A DNA stretch of 64,000 nucleotides from an uncultured Candidatus Entotheonella sp. (GTDB lineage Bacteria; Tectomicrobia; Entotheonellia; Entotheonellales; Entotheonellaceae): the NCBI GenBank assembly GCA_965217185.1, contig OZ244252.1, forward strand, positions 3,008,001-3,072,000. The letters run 5' to 3'. Each line of letters begins with the position of its first letter. Position 1 is the stretch's first letter. Under the pieces are notes generated by a model. That model was given only the letters and a program-made list of their open reading frames with translations, was not told the DNA's origin and ran no database searches. Positions 9,663 to 18,232 of this stretch are shown piece after piece. A program made the translations under genes and the position numbers.

Positions 9663-11204
9663 CTAAAAAGACTCAATCCGCCGTGATGGAATAGACGAAA
9701 TTATCCTCTTACCACCGCCCTCCTTTGCTTCCCTTCGTAAAACTTCTTCTCGGTGCATGGCAAGCGAAACATAGATCAGCGCCTCGCGTGCTATTTTCAA
9801 AAGGTGTAGCGCTTTACCCCGAAAGCCTTCAATTGACATCAGCCGATGTGTTTCGGTGCTCTCTCCGTGTTCAGATCGTTGCAAACTGAGGAAACGGTGT
9901 TCGACCTGGTGCCGCAATTGAGCGAGGTCGGCGGCGTCCGGTTCTGCAACTTCCATGAAGGCTTCGTCGAACAAATCCTTTGACAAAAAATACAAGCCTC
10001 GCAGCGGCCAATTAGGATGGCCTTTGAACATCGCTCGAATCTCGGACTTGCTTGGTTCGTGCCATACGTTACGAAAGTTGACTTTCCTTGGTTTGAGTCC
10101 GACCTGAAAATAATCGTTCAGGAACAGACCGATTTTATCGAATATGGCGTAGGAAGAACGGAAAGCGGAGCGTAGGTCTTCGGTATAGTGGCCCAAGAGA
10201 TGGCCTTCGCCGCTGTCAAGCATGAGCACGTCACGCATTAAAAACTCGGGGTCGCCTTCATGCGTCGCGCGGTACAGTCGATACCGAGCGCTGACGTATT
10301 CCTGTTTCATCAGGTTGTAGTACAAAGGAAACCGCGGCGCCTCCCCAATCCTGTATGTGTGGCTGGGCAGGTGTAACACGTCACTCGCAGCCACACTGTA
10401 TGCATATGCCTCATTGAGCGGGTTCAGAAACAGCCGCTCACACAAGCACCAACGGCGGTACGAACGCTCTTCCTCGGTAGCGCCGAGCGACCACTGGTTC
10501 AGATCGCGCTCTTCGTCATAGTGACTACGCAGAAGATAGTTGGCAATCTGTGTGCGTTTTTCCATCAGGTCAGGCGCGACGGGGTCGCGATCCCCGCTTT
10601 CCCAAAAAGCGTCGTCATCAAGTGCTGAGTCAAAAAGAGAGCGTGCAGCCGCCAATAAAATGGATGTGTGGCTGTGGTCGTAAAGTATTCCTGCATAGAA
10701 CCCAATCGCCTCGGCCTGAGAAGCAAGCGCTTTGGCAAAGCGAGGCTCGGTCTCCAACACCTTCAGCCATTCCTCATTAGCTGCGATAGGACGCCCCAAG
10801 TTATTCAGGCGATTGGCGAGGTTAGTGCGTATCTGGCAAGTGATGATTGGATCAAGAACTTCAAAGGCCGGTTCGCTGATTGCCTGCCGAAGTAATAGGA
10901 TATTCTGAATACCGTCCGGTTGCTCCCAGCTCCAAATGTAGTCGGCGTCATTCTGTTTGGCCGAAATGATCGCACTATATGTATTGGACTGGTAATAGCG
11001 GAGACGGACTCGGTCCACGCCTTCGGCGGTGCCCAGTCGGCTTTCACATTCTCCGGCAAGTTGGCGTAGTGATGCTTCGTCACCTGCATCTGAAGCAGCG
11101 TCGATTGCATGGGCAAGATCATCAAGTGTTTGCATCAGTGGGCTTTCAGGATGCATTGATGTCTGCGTGAGTTTTACTTGCTTCCGAACCGGCCGCGGCG
11201 TCAT
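9663..11204 (-). CDS. LA2681-like HEPN domain protein with helical/TPR-like N-terminus
   Basis: LFLNPLN, YNLMKQEYVSARY, YAIFDKIG and HEPN RxxxxH (RHQVEH). GC is lower than the flanks. Start codon uncertain. Confidence 0.75.
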   Translation of the reverse strand: MTPRPVRKQVKLTQTSMHPESPLMQTLDDLAHAIDAASDAGDEASLRQLAGECESRLGTAEGVDRVRLRYYQSNTYSAIISAKQNDADYIWSWEQPDGIQNILLLRQAISEPAFEVLDPIITCQIRTNLANRLNNLGRPIAANEEWLKVLETEPRFAKALASQAEAIGFYAGILYDHSHTSILLAAARSLFDSALDDDAFWESGDRDPVAPDLMEKRTQIANYLLRSHYDEERDLNQWSLGATEEERSYRRWCLCERLFLNPLNEAYAYSVAASDVLHLPSHTYRIGEAPRFPLYYNLMKQEYVSARYRLYRATHEGDPEFLMRDVLMLDSGEGHLLGHYTEDLRSAFRSSYAIFDKIGLFLNDYFQVGLKPRKVNFRNVWHEPSKSEIRAMFKGHPNWPLRGLYFLSKDLFDEAFMEVAEPDAADLAQLRHQVEHRFLSLQRSEHGESTETHRLMSIEGFRGKALHLLKIAREALIYVSLAMHREEVLRREAKEGGGKRIISSIPSRRIESF

Positions 11205-11291
11205 GGGGGTGTGGCGGATAGCGGGGCCATCCCCCCTTGCACATGGGCGGCGGCTTCGCCGAGAAACTGGAGCAGGTCGTCGCCAAAGGGC

Positions 11292-11474
11292 TCATTTCAT
11301 CTCTTTCCGGGTGGCCTCTCTTCTCCGACGAGGTGGCAAGCTGATGCAGGGTCGGCCGCTTGCCCGCTCTTGCATCTTGAGGTCCTTCACGATCAAGTCC
11401 AAGTCGTATTTGAACCGCGCCGCATGCTCATGCCTGATTCGCCGCACTTCTGCGACGATAGGATCGTCCTTCAT
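11292..11474 (-). CDS. Small protein, putative antitoxin partner of the PIN toxin
   Basis: MKDDPIVAEVRRIRHEHAARF pattern; 4-nt overlap with the PIN gene. Confidence 0.65.
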   Translation of the reverse strand: MKDDPIVAEVRRIRHEHAARFKYDLDLIVKDLKMQERASGRPCISLPPRRRREATRKEMK

Positions 11475-11950
11475 ACGTCTTCCTCCAAAAGTTCTTCCGG
11501 CGTACAGATGATCGCCGGTTCGTACCCTTCAGACCGACAGAATGCCTCGATACGCGACCTGACGGCAGCACCGGCCAAGTGGTGATAGTTCCACGTTACC
11601 AGATACTTACAGCCATTGACCACGGCGACGGCAACGTGTAAAGCATCCTCAAGGGAAGTCTCGGGAAGGACGCTATTCCCTATCAAGGCACGCGCCAAGG
11701 TCGTCGCCTCCGGGGTGATCTCAAGCAACTCCACTTCCTGCAAAATGTCCAGCCTGCGCTGCGCTGCTTGCCTATCGCCTCTGCCTGCCTCTTGGAGTAC
11801 AAGGTGCGAGGCGACAACTCTGAAATCCTGCTTTCTATCCTCCCACCATTCCTGGGTTGATTGCTGATGCCCCGCTACGACGACATCGCGACTCGGCTTC
11901 GCTGTAAGGTAACTTACCACTGTCGTCTCCAGATATACGACGGGACGACT
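11471..11950 (-). CDS. PIN-domain (VapC-like) toxin lacking a canonical start codon
   Basis: The frame reads (S)RPVVYLETTVVSYL...EDALHVAVA...LVTWNYHH. The codon after the GAGG RBS is AGT rather than ATG. Confidence 0.75.
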   Translation of the reverse strand, partial: SRPVVYLETTVVSYLTAKPSRDVVVAGHQQSTQEWWEDRKQDFRVVASHLVLQEAGRGDRQAAQRRLDILQEVELLEITPEATTLARALIGNSVLPETSLEDALHVAVAVVNGCKYLVTWNYHHLAGAAVRSRIEAFCRSEGYEPAIICTPEELLEEDV

Positions 11951-11991
11951 AGTACCTCGTCAACGTGATATGCACGGATGCCGAAAACCGT

Positions 11992-12031
11992 CCATGTGCA
12001 CCCCTGCCTCGCGAGGCAGGGGTGCACATGG
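11992..12031. repeat. Perfect 40-bp palindrome
   Basis: CCATGTGCACCCCTGCCTCG|CGAGGCAGGGGTGCACATGG, with no spacer and no mismatch. Confidence 0.95.
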
Positions 12032-12212
12032 CATGGTCCTTCCCCCACTTTTCAGATTGACTAGGTACTAGCTGGCTCTCTGTTCACGGTACTCGCCTCC
12101 GACCTCTGAGGAAGGTCTGAACAAGCCGCTAAAGCCGCGCATACGTTACCTGCTGAAGAGGTGCAGGGGAGGTTGGCAGGGTAAGGGGCGGTCTGCGGGC
12201 GCCAGATGACGC

Positions 12213-12521
12213 TTATTTTGGAACGGGAGCCGACACCTGCTCCGGGGACAGCAACGCGCGCTTGACCGCTTCCGGTTCCCTTGCGATCACGTGTAGGAGC
12301 GATACGGCCGGGCCGTTGACCCGCCGCGTTCCCTGCTCCCATTTCCGGTAGCCGGAGAGACTCATGCCCATCAGCGATGCCATCTGTGCCTGCGTGAGAT
12401 TGACTTGTTTCCGAACCGCGCGTGGCGTCACGGGGGTGTGAAGAATGGCGGGGCCGTTTCCCTTTGCGTGCGCAATGGCCTCACCAAGGGACTGGATCAG
12501 ATCCTCACCAAACGTGCTCAT
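12213..12521 (-). CDS. HigA-like XRE HTH antitoxin
   Basis: LTQAQMASLMGMSLSGYRKWEQG helix-turn-helix; lies downstream of the RelE-like toxin. Confidence 0.85.
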   Translation of the reverse strand: MSTFGEDLIQSLGEAIAHAKGNGPAILHTPVTPRAVRKQVNLTQAQMASLMGMSLSGYRKWEQGTRRVNGPAVSLLHVIAREPEAVKRALLSPEQVSAPVPK

Positions 12522-12856
12522 TGCATCTCCTTCCGGGTGGCCTTGAGTGCGGTCACAAGTGCTGAAACCGCACGCCTTTCATCCGCTGTCATATCGGTCT
12601 TCGCAGCCTTCGCATAGGCAAGCAGCGCGTAGATAGGCAGTGTTTCATCCAGATAATAGTAAATCACCCGTGCGCCGCCACGCTTACCGCGCCCTGTGGC
12701 TGCAAAGCGCAGCTTCCGAACGCCACCTGTGCCGCGTATTTCATCGCCCGCCAATGGATTTTGCGCCAGGAAGGCGATCAATTCCCGCTTTTCGTCCTCG
12801 TTGAAGATTTTGTCGGCTTGACGGGAGAATGTCGGAGTTTCGGCCACTGTCTGCAT
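12518..12856 (-). CDS. RelE/HigB-family toxin
   Basis: GDEIRGTGGVRKLRF...GKRGGARVIYY; toxin-first gene order. Confidence 0.88.
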   Translation of the reverse strand: MQTVAETPTFSRQADKIFNEDEKRELIAFLAQNPLAGDEIRGTGGVRKLRFAATGRGKRGGARVIYYYLDETLPIYALLAYAKAAKTDMTADERRAVSALVTALKATRKEMQ

Positions 12857-12866
12857 GAACAATATA

Positions 12867-12881
12867 TACCCCATTGGGGTA
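12867..12881. promoter_or_regulatory. Probable HigA operator, 7-1-7 palindrome
   Basis: TACCCCA-T-TGGGGTA next to a TATATT -10 element just upstream of the toxin ATG. Confidence 0.6.
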
Positions 12882-13001
12882 GTTGAGACAATCCCAATAT
12901 ATCCCCGACCTCAACAAGACCGTTTTTGCCATGTCGTTGCAATCCTGTTTGTCAGCCAAGACGGTCAAGAAGACACGCAAGGCGATGATCAAGCTCTCGA
13001 C

Positions 13002-13631
13002 TTACTGAAGAGCCCGGAGTTGCACAACCTCAGCCAGTTCATGATCGGCCGTCCTGCCCGTCGCTTGCAGGCCGTCTATGAGACCGAGGATGTCACCACG
13101 AGGGCGGTTCTGTCCGAGCTTTGCCTTGCCCTCAATCCGCAAGATGGGCATTTCAAAACACACAACTGCCTTCATCAGCGCCGAAAAGGTATCCCGCGAG
13201 AGCTTTTCGGGTTGCCAGGATTCCGGCCCCGATCCTTCTTGGTAGCGGATAAGCTCTCTCAGATGAGCCTCTATGCTTTCGGTCCCTTGCAGGATGCGCG
13301 GCATGCCGAAGGCGTGCACCACCACGTAGTTCCAGGTGGGAACGGCTTCCACGGTGCTATACCACCGTGGAGAAATGTAGGCGTGAGGCCCGTGGAAGAT
13401 GGCCAGGCTTTCCCGAGACGTGTTGAACGCTCTCCAGTGCCCATTTGCTTTTGCCATGTGGCCGGCCAACACGCCAAATTGACCGGCGTCGCGTTTGAGC
13501 AACAGAGGGAGATGCGTGACCTGCAATTCGCCCTCCGTATCAGGCGTGATGAGGGTTGCGAAGTTCCATCGTTCCATATCGGCATGCATGGTTTGCAGGT
13601 CGGAGACCTTGAAGCTTTCCGGGGTGTACAT
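13002..13631 (-). CDS. FMN-binding negative transcriptional regulator (PaiB family)
   Basis: GPHAYISPRWY, VPTWNYVVVH and KAKLGQNR motifs. Confidence 0.88.
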   Translation of the reverse strand: MYTPESFKVSDLQTMHADMERWNFATLITPDTEGELQVTHLPLLLKRDAGQFGVLAGHMAKANGHWRAFNTSRESLAIFHGPHAYISPRWYSTVEAVPTWNYVVVHAFGMPRILQGTESIEAHLRELIRYQEGSGPESWQPEKLSRDTFSALMKAVVCFEMPILRIEGKAKLGQNRPRGDILGLIDGLQATGRTADHELAEVVQLRALQ

Positions 13632-13878
13632 AGCCTTTATCTCCTAACTCGGGCTTTTGAGAGAGGGCGGGATAGCTTGGCAGTATACCTCGCCGTTTCA
13701 GCACCGCATCCGCACGTGCGAGCATGTAAAAAATGAGACGGGAATTCTGGTATGGGACTATCGTCGTCGGCAGGGCAGGGGCAAAGACGCGAAGCGTGGT
13801 CGGAAGGACGATCGACGGCCTTGTGGGGTGAAAAGAGGGTTGACCGGGGCAAAATCCCAGCAGGCATCAATAGACTTC

Positions 13879-13907
13879 TTGACACTGCCATGTTTGCATA
13901 ATAACTT
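13879..13907 (+). promoter_or_regulatory. Sigma70-type promoter of the metal-uptake operon
   Basis: TTGACA-17 nt-TAACTT. A weak inverted repeat TTGAGAATCCCATATCAA follows and may be a Fur/Zur-type operator. Confidence 0.55.
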
Positions 13908-13946
13908 GAGAATCCCATATCAAATGAAGCAGTGGAATTCCGTATT

Positions 13947-14240
13947 ATGAATAAGCTGAATCCCGCATCTCTCATACGCATTGTTGCGCTGCTGAGCGTG
14001 CTTGTCGTGCTTGGCATCGGCGCCGCCACAGCCGGTCATCTTCACGGCGAAGACGGCGATGTGCGGCACGATTGCGCCTTATGCGCGGCCGGCTCCCTGG
14101 GCCCGTTCGTTGACGTCCAACCCGCGCCGTCGTCCTCTCCGACGGCCGCGCTATCCTATCCGCCAGACCCGCAAGGCCCGCCGCTTTACGCGCTTTACCG
14201 CGCTCACCTCCTATCGCGTGCTCCACCTGTTCTTGCCTGA
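13947..14240 (+). CDS. DUF2946/CruR-like leader protein (TM/signal - HxH...HDCxxC - Pro-rich linker - RAPP)
   Basis: Hydrophobic N-terminus, GHLHGEDGDVRHDCALC, and C-terminal SRAPPVLA. Confidence 0.75.
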   Translation: MNKLNPASLIRIVALLSVLVVLGIGAATAGHLHGEDGDVRHDCALCAAGSLGPFVDVQPAPSSSPTAALSYPPDPQGPPLYALYRAHLLSRAPPVLA

Positions 14241-14427
14241 TTCACGGTCGTGCCGCCCATCATGGCGTCGGCGCGCCGTTAGATTCTGTTCGCGACCGCG
14301 TCATTTGTCCGTCTCCTGGCTTGCAGGTAACACCGAATGCCCAGGTGCAGGCGGCAGCCGTCATGGCCGACCGGTCTTCCAGTCCGCTTTCCGGCGGACA
14401 GGCATCTGAACGAGAAGAAAGCACACA

Positions 14428-16188
14428 ATGAAATACACGATCTTGGCAGGATTTATCACCGTTTTGGCAACCGCTTTGCTGGGCTGCCCGCCATACTCTT
14501 GGGCGCAGGAAGCGGAAATCCAAACGCTGCGCGAGCAGGTCAACAGCCTGCAAGAGACGGTCAGACAACTCCAGGACACCATTCAGAAGATGCAGCAGGA
14601 ATCGGCTGTGGGCGGTCAAGCACCGCAAGCCCAGGCGGCTCCGCAACAGCAGCCCGCCGCCTCGCCGTTGGACGAGGCTATCGCCGATCTGGATGTCCCC
14701 ACCTCTGCGCCCGCTCCACAGCCCCAGGGTCAGGCCCTGTTGCAGCGGCCGCCCAGCCGCGGGCCGCAACTGCGCCTGATTGACGTGTCCCTGGACGTGC
14801 TGTTGTTCGCCGGCGCGTCCAGCGTGCACGACGAATCCATCTCCACCCTGCAGGGCGGCGGCCATGATCCCAAGACACGCGGTTATACCCTGGGGCAGGC
14901 GGAGTTGTCGCTGTCCGGTGTGGTGGATCCCTACTTCACCGCCGAGGCGCACATCCTGTCCGTGGTCAACCCCACCAGCGGCGAGACGGCCTTCGAGTTG
15001 GAGGAAGCCTTCCTGACCACCACCGGGCTGCCCTACGGTTTGCAACTCGAAGCCGGCTACTTCCTGACCGAATTCGGTATCGTCAACCCACAGCATCCGC
15101 ACGTCTGGGACTGGCTCGACATGCCGGTTGCGAACGCCCGCATGTTCGGCGGCGACGGCATGCGACAGGCTGGCTTCCGCGCCTCGTGGCTGCTGGACAC
15201 GCCGTGGTTCTCCCAGATCCACTTCGGCATGCAGAACGCCAACGGGATCACCATGGGCAGCTTTCTCGGCGGCGAGCTTTTCCATGCCCACGGCGGCGAC
15301 GCTCACGGTGTCGACGAACACATGGAAGATGAGCACGGCAACGACACCGGCCATGACGATGAGATGCACATGACCGAGGAAAACGGCCACGAAGACGACC
15401 ATGATGGTGACATGCACATGGACGACGACAACGGCCATGAGGACGATCATGATGACGGGGTGCACGCAGACGACCCCGGTGAGGACGACGACCACGGCGA
15501 CGACATGCACATGGCTGACGACCACGAAATCGAAGGCGGGCCGGGCATCGGCGGCCGCCCGATCGTCGCGCAGGACGTGCGCAGCCTCAAAGACTTCGTC
15601 TATCTGATGCGCTGGGAGAACGCCTTTGACCTGAGCGACGAGCTGACAGCCGTTTTCGGCATCTCGAGCCTGCTCGGTCCCAATGCCAGCGGGCCCGCCG
15701 GCAGCACCTGGTTGTACGGCGTTGACATGAAATGGCGCTGGACCCCGGCCAACAGTTTCCGCGGCTACCCGTTCGTCACCTGGCAGACCGAGTACATGCG
15801 CCGCCGCTATGAGGCCGCTGCCGCGTCGATGGACGTCACCCTTGAGGACGGCGACACGGAAACCGTCTCCTTCGCCGCCGATACCCTGGACGACTGGGGC
15901 ATGTACACGCAACTCCTATACGGCTTTCGGATCAACTGGGCCACCGGTGTACGTTTCGAGTACGCCAACGGCAGGGGGCTCGGCTACAATCACGGCGGGC
16001 GCGACGGGGACCCCTTCCGCGATAAGCGCTATCGGCTGTCGCCGCTGCTCTCGTGGCGGGCGTCCGAGTTCACCCGCATACGCCTGCAGTACAATTACGA
16101 CCACGCCACCCACCTTGAGGAAGCCGCGCATACCATGTGGCTGGGTTTCGAGTGGCTGTACGGCGCGCATCCGGCCCACCGTTTTTAG
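14428..16188 (+). CDS. Outer-membrane beta-barrel metal-uptake protein with coiled coil and His/Asp/Met-rich repeat insert
   Basis: Signal peptide, coiled coil, HPHVWDW, alternating beta-strand pattern and C-terminal GAHPAHRF; precedes the metal ABC genes. Confidence 0.72.
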   Translation: MKYTILAGFITVLATALLGCPPYSWAQEAEIQTLREQVNSLQETVRQLQDTIQKMQQESAVGGQAPQAQAAPQQQPAASPLDEAIADLDVPTSAPAPQPQGQALLQRPPSRGPQLRLIDVSLDVLLFAGASSVHDESISTLQGGGHDPKTRGYTLGQAELSLSGVVDPYFTAEAHILSVVNPTSGETAFELEEAFLTTTGLPYGLQLEAGYFLTEFGIVNPQHPHVWDWLDMPVANARMFGGDGMRQAGFRASWLLDTPWFSQIHFGMQNANGITMGSFLGGELFHAHGGDAHGVDEHMEDEHGNDTGHDDEMHMTEENGHEDDHDGDMHMDDDNGHEDDHDDGVHADDPGEDDDHGDDMHMADDHEIEGGPGIGGRPIVAQDVRSLKDFVYLMRWENAFDLSDELTAVFGISSLLGPNASGPAGSTWLYGVDMKWRWTPANSFRGYPFVTWQTEYMRRRYEAAAASMDVTLEDGDTETVSFAADTLDDWGMYTQLLYGFRINWATGVRFEYANGRGLGYNHGGRDGDPFRDKRYRLSPLLSWRASEFTRIRLQYNYDHATHLEEAAHTMWLGFEWLYGAHPAHRF

Positions 16189-16215
16189 GCGGTCCGTCAC
16201 ATGGGAGACAATACG

Positions 16216-17271
16216 ATGGCATATCTACGTTTGACCAGAATTGTGCCGACCGTCCTCGCCGCGCTGGCCTGCCTGTTGGCGGCTGGCTCGCTGGCAGCCG
16301 AACCGCTGCGGGTCTGTGCAACCGTCCCGGGGTTGGGGAGCCTCGCCGAGGAAGTCGGCGGCACCGAAGTCGCCGTAACCGTCTTTACCAAGGGCACCGA
16401 GAGCCCCCACTTCACGGTTCCCAAGCCCAGCTTCGTGAAAGCGCTGAACGTCTGCGACGCCTATGTCCAGGTTGGCCTCGAACTGGAAATCGGCTGGGCG
16501 CCGGCGCTGCTGCAAAACGCCCGCAACGCCGCCGTCTTGCCCGGCGGTGCGGGGTTCATCGACGCCTCTACGGCGATCTCGGCGCTCGGCGTTCCCAGCG
16601 GCACGATTGACCGGTCCATGGGCGACGTCCACCCCGGCGGCAGCCCCCACTACCTGCTCGACCCGCTGAACGGCCTGCGGGTCGCGGCCCTGCTGCGGGA
16701 CCGGTTTTCCACCCTGCGTCCCGAGACTCAGCAACACTTCGCCGGGCGCTACGACGCCTTCCGCCAACGTCTCGGCACCGCGCTGGTCGGCGAGGCACTG
16801 TCCCGCAAGTACGACTTTGAAAAGCTGGCCCTGCTCGCCGAGCACGGGCGTTTGGTGGATTTTCTCGATAGCCAGGGCGAAACGGCGCTGTTCGGCGGCT
16901 GGCTGGCCGCTTTGCGCCCGCATGCCGGCGCCAAGGTGGTCAAGGTGGTGGCCGAACACGATGCCTGGGCCTATTTCTCGACGCGCTTCGGTCTGGAGGT
17001 GATCGCCTTTCTCGAACCCATTCCGGGTGTGCCGCCCACCACTTCGCATCTCGGCGCCATCATCAAACGGATGCGCGCCGAGCAGGTCGGGGCGGTACTG
17101 GCCACCGCCTATTACGATCCCCGGTATGCACGCTTCGTATCCGAAAAAACGGGCGTCGCGGTCGTCGCCATCGCACACCAGGTCGACGCCCGGCCCGGAA
17201 CCGGGGATTACCTGTCCATGACGGACTACAACGTCAGGCAACTGGCGGCAGCTTTGGATGCCGGGCGGTAG
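16216..17271 (+). CDS. Metal ABC transporter substrate-binding protein (ZnuA/TroA, cluster A-I)
   Basis: SPHF, GDVHPGGSPHYLLDP and EHDAWAYF His ligands; signal peptide. Confidence 0.88.
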   Translation: MAYLRLTRIVPTVLAALACLLAAGSLAAEPLRVCATVPGLGSLAEEVGGTEVAVTVFTKGTESPHFTVPKPSFVKALNVCDAYVQVGLELEIGWAPALLQNARNAAVLPGGAGFIDASTAISALGVPSGTIDRSMGDVHPGGSPHYLLDPLNGLRVAALLRDRFSTLRPETQQHFAGRYDAFRQRLGTALVGEALSRKYDFEKLALLAEHGRLVDFLDSQGETALFGGWLAALRPHAGAKVVKVVAEHDAWAYFSTRFGLEVIAFLEPIPGVPPTTSHLGAIIKRMRAEQVGAVLATAYYDPRYARFVSEKTGVAVVAIAHQVDARPGTGDYLSMTDYNVRQLAAALDAGR

Positions 17272-17319
17272 AGCATTTTCATGTCTGGTGAACTTGTGAA
17301 AAGGCTAAGGCGGGCTCAT

Positions 17320-17409
17320 GTAGGTCGGATTAGCGCAGCGTAATCCGACGTTCCGCCGCGCTATGCAGACTTCCATTGCCGGATTACGCCTTCGGCTAAT
17401 CCGACCTAC
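17320..17409. repeat. GTAG-type REP doublet (REPIN-like), copy 1
   Basis: GTAGGTCGGATTAGCGCAGCGTAATCCGAC...CGGATTACGCCTTCGGCTAATCCGACCTAC. Confidence 0.85.
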
Positions 17410-17467
17410 ATCAACGGCTTTATCTGCGGGCCATATAGACTGAAACTGTGTCGTGCAAGGAGCGCTC

Positions 17468-18232
17468 GTGAAGGACATCATCTACCGGGCTTCTGACGTG
17501 GTGCTGGGCTACGGCAGCCACGTCATCCTGCGGGGCGTGAACCTGGAGATTTGCAGCGGCCAGTTCTGGTCTTTCCTGGGACCGAACGGCAGCGGCAAGA
17601 CGACGCTGCTGCGCGGCTTTCTGGGGGAACTGAAGGCGCGGGCGGGCACCCTGGAGGTGCCGCCGCCTGTCGACGGCGTGGCGCCCATCGGCTTTGTTCC
17701 ACAGCGCTGCGAGATCAACCCGACTCTGCCGATCACCCTCGGCGAGTTCGTCGGCCTGGGACTGGTCGGCACGCGGTTGAGCAACGCGGCGCGCCGTGAG
17801 CGCCTGGCGTGGGTGCTGGAGACCCTCTGGCTGCCCGCACTGGCCCGACAGAGCTACTGGACCCTGTCCGGCGGTCAGCGGCAACGCGCGCTCATCGCGC
17901 GTGCCCTCATCCGGCGTCCGCGGGTGCTGATCATGGACGAGCCCACCAACAATCTCGACCTCATCGCAGAAGACGTGGTTCTGAAAGCCCTGACCGATTT
18001 CCGGACCCAGCACCACGCCGCCTGCCTGTTCGTCACCCACGACCTCGGGCTTGCCGAGCGTTATGCCACCCACGTCGGCCTTGTCGCCGAGGGCGGGGTG
18101 GTGGCCGGCGCGCGAGCGGACGTCCTGACCCGGGCCAACCTGGAGCACCTGTACGGCAGGGTACCGCGCGTGCCGACGAGTGCCGCCCTTGGCGAGCCGC
18201 CTCTGTCGCCTGACGCCGGGGAACGCGCATGA
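17468..18232 (+). CDS. Metal ABC transporter ATPase (ZnuC-like)
   Basis: Walker A GPNGSGKT, LSGGQRQR, Walker B LIMDE and H-loop VTHD. Confidence 0.92.
   Translation: MKDIIYRASDVVLGYGSHVILRGVNLEICSGQFWSFLGPNGSGKTTLLRGFLGELKARAGTLEVPPPVDGVAPIGFVPQRCEINPTLPITLGEFVGLGLVGTRLSNAARRERLAWVLETLWLPALARQSYWTLSGGQRQRALIARALIRRPRVLIMDEPTNNLDLIAEDVVLKALTDFRTQHHAACLFVTHDLGLAERYATHVGLVAEGGVVAGARADVLTRANLEHLYGRVPRVPTSAALGEPPLSPDAGERA

Noticed and set aside
6003..12900. Integron cassette array or prophage explaining the TA/defence islet
   Set aside because: No integrase or phage genes, mixed gene orientation and no attC-like repeats recognised by eye.
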